64,000 nt of DNA from Bacillota bacterium (GCA_021797815.1 JAJZYZ010000005.1:10469-74468), one strand, 5' to 3'; counted from the stretch's first letter, positions 1 through 12,229 are shown. Notes: generated from the letters alone by a model not told the origin. Made by a program: numbers and translations.

Positions 1-30
1 CAGTTCCAGGCCGAGGCGGAACAGTCATGA
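1..30 (+). CDS. C-terminal fragment of upstream ORF, probably ATP synthase subunit b (truncated by window edge)
   Basis: Frame 1 reads QFQAEAEQS then TGA (28-30), overlapping the atpH ATG as ATGA. Assignment rests only on the conserved atpF-atpH order. Confidence 0.3.
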   Translation, partial: QFQAEAEQS

Positions 31-557
31 AGTACGGGGCGGCCGCGCGGCGCTACGCGCTGGCGCTTCTGCAAAGCGTGCCGGAGGCCGAGCAGGCACC
101 GGTCGGCGCCGTGCTGGGAACCGCGACCCGGGTCCTAACCGGAGGTCCGGTCTGGCAAATCATGAAGAATCCGCTCGTGAGTCCGCGCGCCAAGCAGGAG
201 ATTGTGGGCGAGCTCGTCGACCCCGCCCACCCGGTTTACCGGCTTCTGGCCATCGTCTTGCAGAACCGGCGCGAGGCGCTCCTTGCTGACATTGCCGAGG
301 AGTACGATACCGAGCTCATGCGGCGGCAGGGCCGCCTGCGGGCGGTCGTGCGTACGGCACAACCCCTGTCCGAGGCGTGGACGAAGCGGCTCGGGGACAT
401 CCTTTCGCGCCGCCTCGGTCACGAGCTGGTGGCTACCTACGAAGTTGATCCGACCCTTATCGGCGGCGTTGAGGTGAGGCTCCCCGGGCAGGTACTGGAT
501 GGAACCATTCGCGGGCGGCTTAACCGGCTGAAGGCCCAGTTGAAACGTGAGGTGTGA
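27..557 (+). CDS. atpH: F0F1 ATP synthase subunit delta (OSCP)
   Basis: 176-aa ORF directly before atpA. Delta-like N-terminus (RRYALALLQ) and C-terminus (LIGGVEVRLPGQVLDGTIRGRLNRL). Confidence 0.9.
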   Translation: MKYGAAARRYALALLQSVPEAEQAPVGAVLGTATRVLTGGPVWQIMKNPLVSPRAKQEIVGELVDPAHPVYRLLAIVLQNRREALLADIAEEYDTELMRRQGRLRAVVRTAQPLSEAWTKRLGDILSRRLGHELVATYEVDPTLIGGVEVRLPGQVLDGTIRGRLNRLKAQLKREV

Positions 558-2069
558 GTGGTGAAGCTTAAACCCGACGAGATTACGGACATCCTGAAGC
601 GTCAGATCGAGCATTTTGATGAACACCTCGCGCTCGAAGAGGTGGGCACCGTGCTGACGGTCGGCGACGGCATTGCCATGGTCTACGGGCTCGAGCGCGC
701 CATGGCGGGCGAGATGCTGACGTTTGAGAATGGCACGGCCGGCATGGTGCTCTCCCTCACGGAAGACAGCGTCGGCGTGGTGCTGATGGGTGAGGAAACC
801 GGCATCAATGAGGGCGACCGGGTGCAGCGCACGGGGCGGGTCGTGGACGTTCCGGTGGGCGAGGCGCTGGTGGGCCGGGTCGTCAACGCCATCGGGGAGG
901 CTATCGATGGCAAGGGTCCCATCGATACGACCGAGCGCTGGCCGGTTGAGCGCGATGCTCCCGGCATTATCGTGCGGCAGCCGGTCGACACCCCCCTGCA
1001 GACGGGGCTCAAGGCCATCGACTCGATGATTCCCATCGGTCGCGGGCAGCGCGAGCTCATCATCGGGGACCGCTCCACGGGCAAGACGGCGCTCGCCATT
1101 GACACGATCCTGAACCAGAAAGGTCAGGGCGTGACCTGCGTGTACGTGGCCGTCGGTCAGAAACAGTCGACCGTGGCCCGCATCGTGCGGACCCTGGAAG
1201 ATGCGGGGGCGATGGAGTACACGATTGTGGTGTCGGCCGCCGCATCGGAACCGGCGCCGCTGCAGTTTCTGGCTCCGTATGCCGGCTGCACCATGGGGGA
1301 GTTTTTCCGTGACCGCGGTGAGGACGTGCTGGTTGTTTACGATGACCTCTCCAAGCATGCGGTCGCCTATCGCGCCATGAGCCTGCTCCTCCGGCGCCCG
1401 CCGGGGCGCGAGGCGTATCCCGGAGACGTGTTTTACCTGCACTCCCGGCTTCTTGAGCGGGCGGCCCGGCTTGCCGACGAGCATGGGGGCGGGAGCCTCA
1501 CGGCCCTGCCGGTTATCGAGACCCAGGCGGGAGACATCTCCGCCTATATCCCGACCAACGTCATCTCCATCACCGACGGGCAGATCTTCCTGGAGACGGA
1601 CCTGTTTTTCGCCGGGTTCCGGCCGGCGGTCAACGTCGGCAACTCGGTGTCGCGCGTGGGCGGGGCGGCTCAGATCCGGGCCATGCGCCAGGTGGCGGGG
1701 CGGCTCCGCCTCGATCTGGCCCAGTATCGCGAGCTGGCGGCATTCACGCAGTTCGGGTCTGACCTCGACCGCGCCACCCAGGAGCGGTTGAACCGGGGCC
1801 AGCGCCTCATGGAGGTATTGAAGCAGCCCCAGTATCAGCCCATGCCGATTGAGGAGCAGGTGGTGGTGCTGTACTCGGCCACCAACGGACATCTGGACGA
1901 GCTGCCGCTTTCGGCCGTACGCGAATTCGAGCGGGGACTCTTGCGGCTTCTGAGGGAGGAGCAGCCCGCCGTGCTGGAAGCCATCCGGACCGAGAAGGCC
2001 GTGTCTGACGCGACGGCGGAACAGCTGAAGGCGGCCATCCAAGCCTTCAAGGGAACGATGGTGGTCTAA
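558..2069 (+). CDS. atpA: F0F1 ATP synthase subunit alpha
   Basis: 503 aa. Walker A GDRSTGKT. Alpha-specific stretches [25 protein letters not shown] and [13 protein letters not shown]. Confidence 0.97.
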   Translation: MVKLKPDEITDILKRQIEHFDEHLALEEVGTVLTVGDGIAMVYGLERAMAGEMLTFENGTAGMVLSLTEDSVGVVLMGEETGINEGDRVQRTGRVVDVPVGEALVGRVVNAIGEAIDGKGPIDTTERWPVERDAPGIIVRQPVDTPLQTGLKAIDSMIPIGRGQRELIIGDRSTGKTALAIDTILNQKGQGVTCVYVAVGQKQSTVARIVRTLEDAGAMEYTIVVSAAASEPAPLQFLAPYAGCTMGEFFRDRGEDVLVVYDDLSKHAVAYRAMSLLLRRPPGREAYPGDVFYLHSRLLERAARLADEHGGGSLTALPVIETQAGDISAYIPTNVISITDGQIFLETDLFFAGFRPAVNVGNSVSRVGGAAQIRAMRQVAGRLRLDLAQYRELAAFTQFGSDLDRATQERLNRGQRLMEVLKQPQYQPMPIEEQVVVLYSATNGHLDELPLSAVREFERGLLRLLREEQPAVLEAIRTEKAVSDATAEQLKAAIQAFKGTMVV

Positions 2070-2938
2070 TGCCGGCACTCGGGATTCAGGCTCTGAAGCG
2101 CAGGATTCGGAGCGTCGAGAACACGGCGCAGATTACGCGCGCCATGAAGCTGGTGGCCGGCGCGAAGCTCCGCCGCGCCCAGGAACGCGCGGAGCAGTCG
2201 CGCCGGTACTTCGAAACTATCCGCGCGACCATGGCCCGGGCCGCTGAAAGTGCCGGGTCGATGACGCGTAGCCCGCTTTTGGAAGAGCGCGAGGTGCACC
2301 GCGAGGGTTTCGTGGTGGTGTCGTCAGACCGGGGCCTGGCGGGACCCTTCAACGCCAACGTCCTCAGATTGGCGGCCGAACAGATGCGTCGGGCGCCCGG
2401 ATCCGGAGCCGCGTTTGCCGTGGGCCGAAAGGCCCGCGATGCCTACCGGCGCCGGGGGGTGCCCATGCTGGGGGAGTTCATCCACCTGGGCGATGACCCG
2501 CACTACTTTCAGGCCAAGGCGATCGCGGACGCCATCATCGCCCAGTATCTGACGGGTGAAGTGGACCGGGTGACGCTCGTGTACACCGAGTTCATCAACG
2601 CGATGGTCCAGCGCCCAAAGGCGGTCACCATCCTGCCCATGTCCACCGAGGCCCTTCGGGGCGACCGGGAGGAGGGGGCGGTGCTGTACATGTTTGAGCC
2701 GGACCCGGAAACGGTGCTGGCCGACCTCATCCCCCGGTATGTGGAAGTGGTGCTGTATGGGGCCCTGCTGGAATCGAAGGCCAGTGAGCACGGTGCCCGC
2801 ATGACCGCCATGGACGCCGCCACCAAGAACTCGGAAGAGCTTCTGCGAACGATGACGTTGACCCGCAACCGCCTTCGCCAGGCCGCCATCACCCGCGAGA
2901 TTGCGGAACTGGTGGGCGGCGCGGCGGCGCTCGAATAA
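2069..2938 (+). CDS. atpG: F0F1 ATP synthase subunit gamma
   Basis: 289 aa. N-terminal IKRRIRSVENTAQITRAMKLVAGAKLRRAQ and C-terminal NRLRQAAITREIAELVGGAAAL are typical of gamma. ATG overlaps the atpA stop. Confidence 0.95.
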   Translation: MPALGIQALKRRIRSVENTAQITRAMKLVAGAKLRRAQERAEQSRRYFETIRATMARAAESAGSMTRSPLLEEREVHREGFVVVSSDRGLAGPFNANVLRLAAEQMRRAPGSGAAFAVGRKARDAYRRRGVPMLGEFIHLGDDPHYFQAKAIADAIIAQYLTGEVDRVTLVYTEFINAMVQRPKAVTILPMSTEALRGDREEGAVLYMFEPDPETVLADLIPRYVEVVLYGALLESKASEHGARMTAMDAATKNSEELLRTMTLTRNRLRQAAITREIAELVGGAAALE

Positions 2939-4408
<1,470 letters not shown>

Positions 4409-4419
4409 GGAGACCCACG

Positions 4420-4824
4420 ATGGCAGACTACCCGCTTACGGTGGTTACGCCGGAAGGCGTGGTGTACGAGGGGCCGGTCACGGAAATCATCCTGCGGGGC
4501 AGTGAGGGCGATCTGGGCGTCCTCGCCCATCATATGCCGCTCGTGACGGCGGTCCTGCCCTGCGTGCTGCATGTCGTGGACCGTGACGGCAACGGACGCC
4601 GGTTCGCTCTGGGCGGCGGCTTTTTGGAAGTCGGCCGCGAGGAAACGGTGGTGCTGGCCGATACGGCGGAGCCGTCGGAGCAGATCAACCGGGGCCGGGC
4701 CGAGGATGCGAGGCGGCGGGCCCAGGACCGCATCGATCGAGGCGGCGCCGATCTTGACCTCCCGCGGGCGCGGGCGGCGCTGTCACGGGCGGAGGCGAGA
4801 CTCGGCGCGCTCGACGGCGCGTAG
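4420..4824 (+). CDS. atpC: F0F1 ATP synthase subunit epsilon
   Basis: 134 aa, last gene of the atp cluster. Epsilon-like beta-sandwich N-terminus (LTVVTPEGVVYEGPVTEIILRGSEGDLGVLAHHMPLVT) plus a helical tail. Confidence 0.93.
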   Translation: MADYPLTVVTPEGVVYEGPVTEIILRGSEGDLGVLAHHMPLVTAVLPCVLHVVDRDGNGRRFALGGGFLEVGREETVVLADTAEPSEQINRGRAEDARRRAQDRIDRGGADLDLPRARAALSRAEARLGALDGA

Positions 4825-5787
4825 GTGGCCGCCCGATGGCGTAACGGGGCGGGCGTGAAGTCCGGCGGGCCGCTGGGACTGTCCCGCGCGGGCCTGTTCC
4901 ACCTGCTGGTTGTCTATCTGGTCTGGGGCAGCACCTATCTCGGCATCCGTCTGGCCGTTGAAGGGCCTCATGGATTTCCTCCGTTCTACCTGGGCGCCGC
5001 CCGCATGCTGCTCGGCGGTGGCGGGCTTCTGGCCTACGCGCTGATACGAGGCCGCCCGGTGCGGTTCAGCGGGCGCGACTTTGCGGTGGCCGCGCTCTCG
5101 GGCGTCTTTTTGTGGGTAGGCGGCAACGGGCTCGTAATGGTGGCGGAGCGGCACCTGCCGTCCGGCTACTCGGCGCTCGTGATGGGTGGGCTCCCTATCT
5201 GGGTGACGGTCATCGGCCTCTTCTCGGGGCAGCGCCTGCGCCCTATCCTGGCGGCCGGGATGCTGATCGGCCTCGGCGGTCTCTACTTTCTCACACGCAG
5301 CAGTCTTCATCTCACGGGGGGCCACGACAGTCTGATTGTCCTTCTGGTGGCCGCCAGCTGGTGCTGGGCGCTTGGCATGTCGTTTCAACGCTGGTGGCTG
5401 CACACGACCGACGCGCAGGTGAGTTCAGCCTGGCAGCAGATCTTTGCCGGCGCCGTTTTTCTGGTCCTGGCGCTGGTCACCCGGGAGCCGGTGCCCCATC
5501 CCGGCACCACGGCCATTGTGGGCGCCTCATACCTGGTGGTCATGGGCTCCTGGTTCGCGTTCACCTCGTTCATTCTCGCGACCCGGCTCCTGCCGATGAC
5601 GGTGGTGACCACCTATTCTTATGTGAACCCGCTGGTGGCGGTGGTGCTCGGCTCCCTGGTGCTGGGGGAGCGGGTGACGTCCATGATGGCGGTGGGAGGA
5701 TTCCTGCTCCTTGTGGGCGTGGGCGCCGTCATCCAGAGTCAGAGAGCCCCGGCGCCCGTGCAGCTCCCCAAGCCGGCCGCCGGCTGA
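4825..5787 (+). CDS. EamA/DMT-family permease
   Basis: About 10 hydrophobic segments. EamA-like LVWGSTYLGIRLAVEG near the N-terminus. Start codon uncertain (GTG 4825 or GTG 4855). Confidence 0.8.
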   Translation: MAARWRNGAGVKSGGPLGLSRAGLFHLLVVYLVWGSTYLGIRLAVEGPHGFPPFYLGAARMLLGGGGLLAYALIRGRPVRFSGRDFAVAALSGVFLWVGGNGLVMVAERHLPSGYSALVMGGLPIWVTVIGLFSGQRLRPILAAGMLIGLGGLYFLTRSSLHLTGGHDSLIVLLVAASWCWALGMSFQRWWLHTTDAQVSSAWQQIFAGAVFLVLALVTREPVPHPGTTAIVGASYLVVMGSWFAFTSFILATRLLPMTVVTTYSYVNPLVAVVLGSLVLGERVTSMMAVGGFLLLVGVGAVIQSQRAPAPVQLPKPAAG

Positions 5788-5835
5788 GACGGCGGCCGCG
5801 GCCAGAGGGCCGGGGATGACAGGGATCTGGCCCGC

Positions 5836-7239
5836 TCACGCACCCGCGCCGTCAGGGTCGAACAGGGGCAGGCGAAACCAGAAGCGCGCGCCCCCGTCGG
5901 GATTGTTGCCGGCCCCGACCCTTCCCCCGTGCGCCTGCAGCAGGGCCGCCACGATGGCAAGCCCGAGGCCGGCGCCGCCCGTGGCGCGGGTTCGGGAGGA
6001 CTCGGCCCGGAAAAAGCGTTCGAAGACCCGGCCCTGGACCTCTTCGGGCAGGCCGGGACCGTTGTCGATGACGTCCACCTCGACCTCCGTGCCCACGCGG
6101 TCCACGACAACACGTGTGCGGGTTCCGGGCGGCGTGTGGGCGCGCACGTTCGCCAGAAGATTATCAAGCACCTGGCGGAGGCGCGCCGGGTCTCCCCACA
6201 CCTCTACCGGCCGGCGCGCCTCGACCACGACCGGCCACTGCGGGCCCACGAGCCGGGCCGCTTCGGCCGCGTCAAGGGCCACCTTCACCAGTTCCACCGG
6301 TTCTCGTGCCAGCGGACGGCCCTCGTCGAGCCGTGCCAGGAGCAGGAGGTCCTCGACCAGTCCTCCCATGCGGGTGCTCTCGCGCTCGATGCCGCGGATG
6401 ACGCGCGCCAGGTCTTCGGGCCGGTGCTCGGCCCCGCGCGAGAAAAGCTCGGCATAGGCGCGCACGGCCGCCACCGGGGTCCTCAGCTCGTGGGAGGCAT
6501 CGGCCACAAACTGGCGAAGGCGGGCCTCCGTCGCATCACGGCGTGCAAACGCGTCCTCGATCCGATCCAGCATGAGGTTGAAGGCCCGGGCAAGCCGACC
6601 GAGCTCGGTGTGGGGCGGGAGCTCCGGCACGCGTCGGTCAAGCTCGCCGGCGCTGATGGCGGCGGTCGCTGTCTCCATTGCCCGCAGAGGGCGCAGGCCC
6701 GCGTGGACGAGCCACCAGCCAAGCGCCACCGCCGCGGCCAGGGCAAAGGCGGCGACCGCCAGCTCTACGGCAATCAGGCGGTCCAGCACCCCGTTCACGG
6801 AGGTGAGGGGATTGGCCAGAATCAGATACACCCCATGCATGAGGGACGAGACCTGCACGTGGAACTCGGGGCCGCCAGACGCCACGGACGGGCGGTTGAA
6901 GTACTCCCATCCGGTCCCCGGGTTCTTGATGGTGGCGGGCAGGGCCGGCCGGTAGGCCTTTCCGGCCTGGTAGGCGGGAGCCAGCACGAAGGTCTTGCCT
7001 GCGGCATAGATGCCGATGTACATGCCCGGCGCATCCTGGGCGGCCATGGCGGGAGGAAGACCGCGGGCCAGGCTCTGGTCCACCAGCACGGAGACCGGTG
7101 CCGCCGCTCGCTGCATCTCGGCTTCTACCTGGCGATAGAGTTCCGCGTGCAGGGCCGAGTACGTGGCGACCCCAAACACGGCCAGTGCCAGAAGCGCCAC
7201 CATCGTAGCCGCGGTCAGAAGCCGCGCGCGGAGCGACAC
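5836..7239 (-). CDS. Sensor histidine kinase (HAMP-HisKA-HATPase)
   Basis: H-box FVADASHELRTPVAAV. N/G boxes LDNLLANVRAHTPPG, DNGPGLP and GGAGLGLAIV. The ORF-track start at 7536 overlaps the regulator. GTG 7239 lies 1 nt after the regulator stop and gives a TM-anchored N-terminus (VSLRARLLTAATMVALLALAVFG). Confidence 0.88.
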   Translation of the reverse strand: MSLRARLLTAATMVALLALAVFGVATYSALHAELYRQVEAEMQRAAAPVSVLVDQSLARGLPPAMAAQDAPGMYIGIYAAGKTFVLAPAYQAGKAYRPALPATIKNPGTGWEYFNRPSVASGGPEFHVQVSSLMHGVYLILANPLTSVNGVLDRLIAVELAVAAFALAAAVALGWWLVHAGLRPLRAMETATAAISAGELDRRVPELPPHTELGRLARAFNLMLDRIEDAFARRDATEARLRQFVADASHELRTPVAAVRAYAELFSRGAEHRPEDLARVIRGIERESTRMGGLVEDLLLLARLDEGRPLAREPVELVKVALDAAEAARLVGPQWPVVVEARRPVEVWGDPARLRQVLDNLLANVRAHTPPGTRTRVVVDRVGTEVEVDVIDNGPGLPEEVQGRVFERFFRAESSRTRATGGAGLGLAIVAALLQAHGGRVGAGNNPDGGARFWFRLPLFDPDGAGA

Positions 7240-7240
7240 G

Positions 7241-7957
7241 TCAGGCGTCCTGTTCCGGTTCGCGCAGCCGGTAGCCCACGAGGCGCACGGTCTGAATGAG
7301 AGACGGGCCCAGGCGGTCCAGCTTCTTTCGCAGATAGCTGACGTAGGTCTCGACGATGCTCGGATCACCGCCAAAATCGTAGTGCCACACGTGGTCCACA
7401 ATCTGGGCCTTGGACAGCACCCGGCGCGGGTTTTGCAGGAAGAAGCGCAGGAGCTGAAACTCGGTCGCCGACAGATGAATGGGAGTGCCCGCGCGGAATA
7501 CTTCATGCGTGTCTTCGTCCAGCACCACGTCCGCAAATTCGAGCCGGGAGCGATCGCCCTCCGCGTCGCTCCCGGTCCGCCTTAAAATGGCGCGGACGCG
7601 GGCGACCACCTCCGCCAGCGCAAACGGCTTGGTCACATAGTCGTCACCGCCGACGGTGAGTCCCATGACCTTGTCCTCGAGGGCGTCTTTGGCCGTCAGA
7701 AACAGGACCGGGCTCCGGACACCGTCCTGGCGCAGGCGCCGGGTCACTTCGAGCCCATCCAGGTCCGGCAGCATGATATCCAGCACGATAAGGTCCGGCG
7801 GCGCGTCCTGGGCCATCGCGAGGGCCGCGCGGCCGCTTCCTGCCTCCCGAACCTCAAACCCTTCGTATCTGAGCGTCGTCGACACCGCGTCGACGATTGC
7901 CGGCTCATCATCTACCACCAGGACTGCGGGTCGTCCGCCTCCCGTCGCCATGCCCAC
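7241..7957 (-). CDS. OmpR-family response regulator
   Basis: Receiver domain (VLVVDDEP, LIVLDIMLPDLDG, LTAKD) plus a winged-helix output (LSATEFQLLRFFLQNPRRVLSKAQI, VETYVSYLRKKL). Confidence 0.92.
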   Translation of the reverse strand: MGMATGGGRPAVLVVDDEPAIVDAVSTTLRYEGFEVREAGSGRAALAMAQDAPPDLIVLDIMLPDLDGLEVTRRLRQDGVRSPVLFLTAKDALEDKVMGLTVGGDDYVTKPFALAEVVARVRAILRRTGSDAEGDRSRLEFADVVLDEDTHEVFRAGTPIHLSATEFQLLRFFLQNPRRVLSKAQIVDHVWHYDFGGDPSIVETYVSYLRKKLDRLGPSLIQTVRLVGYRLREPEQDA

Positions 7958-8065
7958 GCCTCACTTCGATGCCCGGCCGCCGCCGGGGCTGTTTTTCCGA
8001 GCTTAGCAGACGAGGTGGGAGCCGGCTGGGTCAGGGCTGAGACATCGCTGAGTCGGGCCTGGGAG

Positions 8066-9145
8066 TCACGGCTGGTAGCTCGCGACCGGCGCGAAGACGG
8101 ATGCGGTGCCTGAGCCCACAAACCAGTAAAACACGCCCAGCACACCGGCCTGCCGTGCCGCCTGCAGTTCCTGGGCGATGCTTTTCTGGTTGGTGAAGTA
8201 AACCGTATGACGCGCGCGGCGGGGGCCGTAGTGGAAGTAGGGGACGTGGGCACGGCCGTCCCAGCGAATGCGGACCCGGTGCGACGCCGCCACTTGCCTC
8301 ACCTGAGCGAGGGTGAGTCCGCTGGCGCGCCGCCCCACCCAATCGTATCCGTAAAACGGAAGCCCGAGCCGGATCTTGGCCGCGGGAACCGTCGCGCGCG
8401 CATAGGCGAGCACGTCGCGGACCCACCAGAGGGGCGCGATGGGGCCGGGACGGCTTCCGGGATACGAGTAGTCGTAGGCCATGACCAGGATGGCGTCTAC
8501 CTTTCGCCCGAGCGCCCGGTAAGAAAACGCGCTCGAAGCGGCTTTCTGCCGGGTGAGGGCCGGCACGTCGATGCTGAGAAGTTTGTGCCGTCGATGAAGG
8601 GCGGCCTCGAGCCGCCCCACAAAGGCCGTGAGACGGCCGCGCTCCCTGCGCGGCACTCCTTCAAAGTCGAGATTGATGCCGGCAAAGGGAGTGCTGGCAG
8701 ACACCAGGGCACCTGTCAGGGCCGCCTGCAAGGGTTTATGGTTCAGGAGCTGCACGAGAATTCTCCGGTCACGGGCAGCGTTGGACGAGACGAGATTTGA
8801 TACCGTGAGTTCGATCGGGACGTGATGGCGCGCCAGCATCTGCACGAGCGAGGCGGGGGCGCTGTCATCGAGTCCGCCCCGGCTGGTGATGACGGCCGTG
8901 TCCAGGTAAATCATCGCGAGCCGGCGAGCGTGGGCGACGAACACGGTTACGGAGGCCGGGTCGTAGAGGACCACGAAACCGCCGTCCCGCGGCGGGGCGG
9001 GCGTCCGATTCACCGATGGCCGTACGAACCCCGTGGCCGAGGCACCGAAGACTATTGTCAGCATCACCATCGCAAATCGTCGGAGCCGGCGATTGCGGCC
9101 ATGGCTGGGCCTGTCGTCGCACGTGATGAATCTGCCTCGTTTCAT
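8066..9145 (-). CDS. Glycoside hydrolase family 18-like protein, membrane-anchored or secreted
   Basis: GINLDFEG resembles the GH18 DxDxE catalytic block, and LVMAYDYSYPGS resembles the MxYD block. N-terminal hydrophobic anchor. Start set at ATG 9145 (MKRGRF). Confidence 0.7.
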   Translation of the reverse strand: MKRGRFITCDDRPSHGRNRRLRRFAMVMLTIVFGASATGFVRPSVNRTPAPPRDGGFVVLYDPASVTVFVAHARRLAMIYLDTAVITSRGGLDDSAPASLVQMLARHHVPIELTVSNLVSSNAARDRRILVQLLNHKPLQAALTGALVSASTPFAGINLDFEGVPRRERGRLTAFVGRLEAALHRRHKLLSIDVPALTRQKAASSAFSYRALGRKVDAILVMAYDYSYPGSRPGPIAPLWWVRDVLAYARATVPAAKIRLGLPFYGYDWVGRRASGLTLAQVRQVAASHRVRIRWDGRAHVPYFHYGPRRARHTVYFTNQKSIAQELQAARQAGVLGVFYWFVGSGTASVFAPVASYQP

Positions 9146-9450
9146 GGCAAATACGGCGTAGCCAGTATCCCACCTGGGTTTTAGGGTTCTCGGCCCGGCA
9201 CGGGTCTCCTTCTCGATAAAGGCCAGCGGCGTCAAGACGCCAATGTCTCTCCGAGTGGGTTCTCAGGCTTCTCCAAGTTTGGGGTTTCATTATGGTGTTG
9301 CAGGGCCACGGTTTCCCATGAAGACCGTCGGCCGCCGTGAGTCCCCTAGGAACATGCACAGCCAACCGTCATGCGACCGTACCCAGGCTTGTGACAAGGA
9401 CCGGGAAGGCGCGGGCGGGACTTAAGCGAATCGAGAGGAAGGGATGGGCA

Positions 9451-10674
9451 ATGTCCTTTGATGATCGACCCGAGGGCGGCGCCTCCCCGCCGGAGCAGTC
9501 GGGCGACTCCTACCGCGGACTTACCGCGGGCGCCCCGCGGCGGCGCTGGCACGCCGTGAAGACGGGGGCGTCCGTGGCCGCCATCGCCCTGGTGGCGGGA
9601 GGCGCCGGCGCCTATGCGGCGCGTCACTATCTGAGCCAGCCGTCCAATTCCATTTCGGTGGCGCCCTCATCGACCGCGAGCCAGGCCAGCGCCGTCGGCA
9701 ACACCACCATCAATGCCGGAAGCGTCGCCAAACCGGTTGAGCGCGCCGTGGTCGACATTAACGTGGTCCTCCAGCAGGGTGAGGGCACGGCGGCCGGCAC
9801 GGGCATGATTCTCACCTCCTCGGGCGAGGTTCTGACCAACAACCATGTCGTGGAAGGGTCCATCAGCATCAAGGTGACCGTTCCCGGGCGTGGTACCTAC
9901 CAGGCCCACGTCGTCGGGGTCGACCCCACCGCTGACGTGGCGCTCCTGCAGATAGAAGGGCTGAAGTCCCCGCTCCCGACGGTCACGCTGTCCGGATCCT
10001 CCGCGGCCGTTGGCCAGCCGGTCGTCGCCATCGGCAATGCCCTGGGCATGAACGGCACCCCGACGGTCACCGAGGGCACCATCACGGCGCTTGACCGCAA
10101 TATCACGGCGGGCGACACGCTCGGAAACAGCGAGCGCCTGCACGGGATGCTGCAGACCGACGCGGCCCTGGCGCCGGGCGACTCCGGCGGCCCGCTCGTG
10201 AATGCCAAGGGGCAGGTGGTGGGCATGGATACCGCCGCCTATTCGGGTCAGCAGTCGAAGGCCAACTTCACCAACGTCGGGTTTGCGATTCCCATCTCCA
10301 CTGCGCTCCACATCGTGCGCCAGATGCAGGCGGGGCAGGCCTCCTCGACCGTCATCCTGACCCAGCGCCCGATGATCGGCGTGGTGGCGGTGGCCACCAG
10401 TCAGGCGAGTCCCTTCTTTCAGAGCCAGGCAGGGATGCCAACCTCGGGCGCCTACGTGGAATACGTGGAGCCGAGCAGCCCGGCCTCGCAGGCTGGCATC
10501 ACACCGGGAGACGTCATCGTAGCCTTCAACGGGCAGACGGTCACGAGTCCGTCGCAGCTGCAGTCGCTGGAAAAGTCCTTTCACGTGGGGCAGACGGTGA
10601 GCGTCAACTACGTCAATACGTCGGGCCAGCAGCAAAGCGCGACCGTGACTCTGGTGCCGGCCCCGGTGCCTTAA
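9451..10674 (+). CDS. htrA: HtrA/DegP-type serine protease with PDZ domain
   Basis: Catalytic-triad contexts TNNHVV, DVALLQ and GDSGGPLV. C-terminal PDZ (GAYVEYVEPSSPASQAGITPGDVIVAFNG). Start at ATG 9451 after GAGAGGAAGGGA. Confidence 0.88.
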   Translation: MSFDDRPEGGASPPEQSGDSYRGLTAGAPRRRWHAVKTGASVAAIALVAGGAGAYAARHYLSQPSNSISVAPSSTASQASAVGNTTINAGSVAKPVERAVVDINVVLQQGEGTAAGTGMILTSSGEVLTNNHVVEGSISIKVTVPGRGTYQAHVVGVDPTADVALLQIEGLKSPLPTVTLSGSSAAVGQPVVAIGNALGMNGTPTVTEGTITALDRNITAGDTLGNSERLHGMLQTDAALAPGDSGGPLVNAKGQVVGMDTAAYSGQQSKANFTNVGFAIPISTALHIVRQMQAGQASSTVILTQRPMIGVVAVATSQASPFFQSQAGMPTSGAYVEYVEPSSPASQAGITPGDVIVAFNGQTVTSPSQLQSLEKSFHVGQTVSVNYVNTSGQQQSATVTLVPAPVP

Positions 10675-10786
10675 CCGCGGGCGTCGCGCTCCCGATGCCG
10701 ATCGGCCGTCTTCCGCCTTCGCGACGGGAGACGGCCGGATCGCGAAGGGGCTGTCTGACCCCTCCCGGCGGGCGCGCCCCGGGCGT

Positions 10787-11623
10787 TTACGACTCCTCGG
10801 TTCTCCGCATTTCCCACACAAAGTCCACCAGGGCCTCGTTTACGGCCCGCGGATTGTCCTGGTGCGCGGCGTGGCCCGCGTTGGCGATGAGGACGTGGGT
10901 GGCGTGTTCTTCCTCCTGCGCCCACCGTTCTGCCACCTTCTTCAGATTGCCGGTCGGATCCTGATCGCCCACCAGGATGAGCATGGGCTTTCCGAAGCGG
11001 TACTGCGGGTCCGCATGCAAAAAGCGCGCCGTCTCCAGGAATACCCGGGTAAAGTCCCGGTGGCCAAGAACGCGAAAGCATTCAGCCATGTACCGGCGCA
11101 CGTCCGCCTTGGTGGAACTGGCGTGGCTGGCGGCGGAGACCAGGGCGCCCCACGGATACCAGGCCAGGATTCGCGGCGCCAGCCGGACGGCAATCCCGTC
11201 GCTCCAGCCCAGCGTCCCGGTATTGCGCGTGCAGTCGATAAGGACCAGCGCATCGACGCGGTCCGGCCCGCGTCGGGCCGCTTCCTGGGCGACATTGCCG
11301 CCCATCGAGTGCCCGATGAGGGTGGCGCTTTCCATCTCCTCCCGATCCATGACGGCCAGCAGGTCATCGGTCAGGAGGGGGACAGAAAATCTGTCGCCCA
11401 TCGGCCGGGAGAGACCGTGGCCACGCGCGTCCCAGGCGAGCACACGGTGGTCCGCGAGAAGAGCGGGAAGCTGACGGGCAAAGCTGCGGTGGTCGGTGCC
11501 GGCGCCGTGGAGCAGCACCACCGACGGGTTTTTGGGCTCGCCCGAAATCCAGTAGTGGAGTGCGCACCCGTCCTTGTCCAGGACCCGTTCCGAAAAGTGC
11601 TCGAAGCCCGAAGCCCCCGGCAT
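10787..11623 (-). CDS. Alpha/beta-fold hydrolase
   Basis: HGAGTDHRSF oxyanion region and nucleophile elbow GHSMGG. C-terminal His context (NAGHAAHQDNP). Confidence 0.85.
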   Translation of the reverse strand: MPGASGFEHFSERVLDKDGCALHYWISGEPKNPSVVLLHGAGTDHRSFARQLPALLADHRVLAWDARGHGLSRPMGDRFSVPLLTDDLLAVMDREEMESATLIGHSMGGNVAQEAARRGPDRVDALVLIDCTRNTGTLGWSDGIAVRLAPRILAWYPWGALVSAASHASSTKADVRRYMAECFRVLGHRDFTRVFLETARFLHADPQYRFGKPMLILVGDQDPTGNLKKVAERWAQEEEHATHVLIANAGHAAHQDNPRAVNEALVDFVWEMRRTEES

Positions 11624-11674
11624 GACCGCCCTCCCGCCTCAGGATAACCGGACCGGGACGGTCGGGATCCAGTC

Positions 11675-11688
11675 CTGAAAGCTTTCAG
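11675..11688. promoter_or_regulatory. Perfect 14-nt palindrome CTGAAAGCTTTCAG, candidate operator
   Basis: Read directly from the sequence, about 50 nt upstream of the hydrolase start. No binding factor can be assigned. Confidence 0.2.
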
Positions 11689-12229
11689 ATGGCTCGGGCC
11701 GGCTGACGCCCGGGCAGCACTCGCGCATCAGCTGGCGCGAGTGCCCGCCCCACACGCTTTTCTTGCGACGGCGGTGTGTCCGGTGATGGCCAAAAGCCCG
11801 GTTGCACCGCCAGGCAGCAGCAGGTGATTTGGACCTCACATCTCCTGAAGGGTGACACGACGTCGCGCGGCCGCAGGCACCGGGCTCCGCCCTATTGGCC
11901 GCGCGCGATACGGCTACGAATGATCTCGGGGACAGCATCCACACGCTCGCGGGCCCGGATCCTGCACGACGCGCATGAATAGGCTCCTGCCCGCCCGGAC
12001 AGAACCGCGGCCGCGGTGCCCACGGGCTCGAGAAGTCAGGGTCTGCCGACGCGGGGCCAGCTCGGCTGCGAAGTGCGGCGGCGGGCGCCGCTGGTTCGAC
12101 CTACCGGGTCGGTTCGGCCGCCCTCTTCCGACGCTCAGCCGGCCGGTACACCGATTCCGGACTCCCCTGGTCTGACGACGACGCTCAGGTGTCCAGGCGG
12201 TGAACACGCGTGCACCGTGCCGGCACGCG

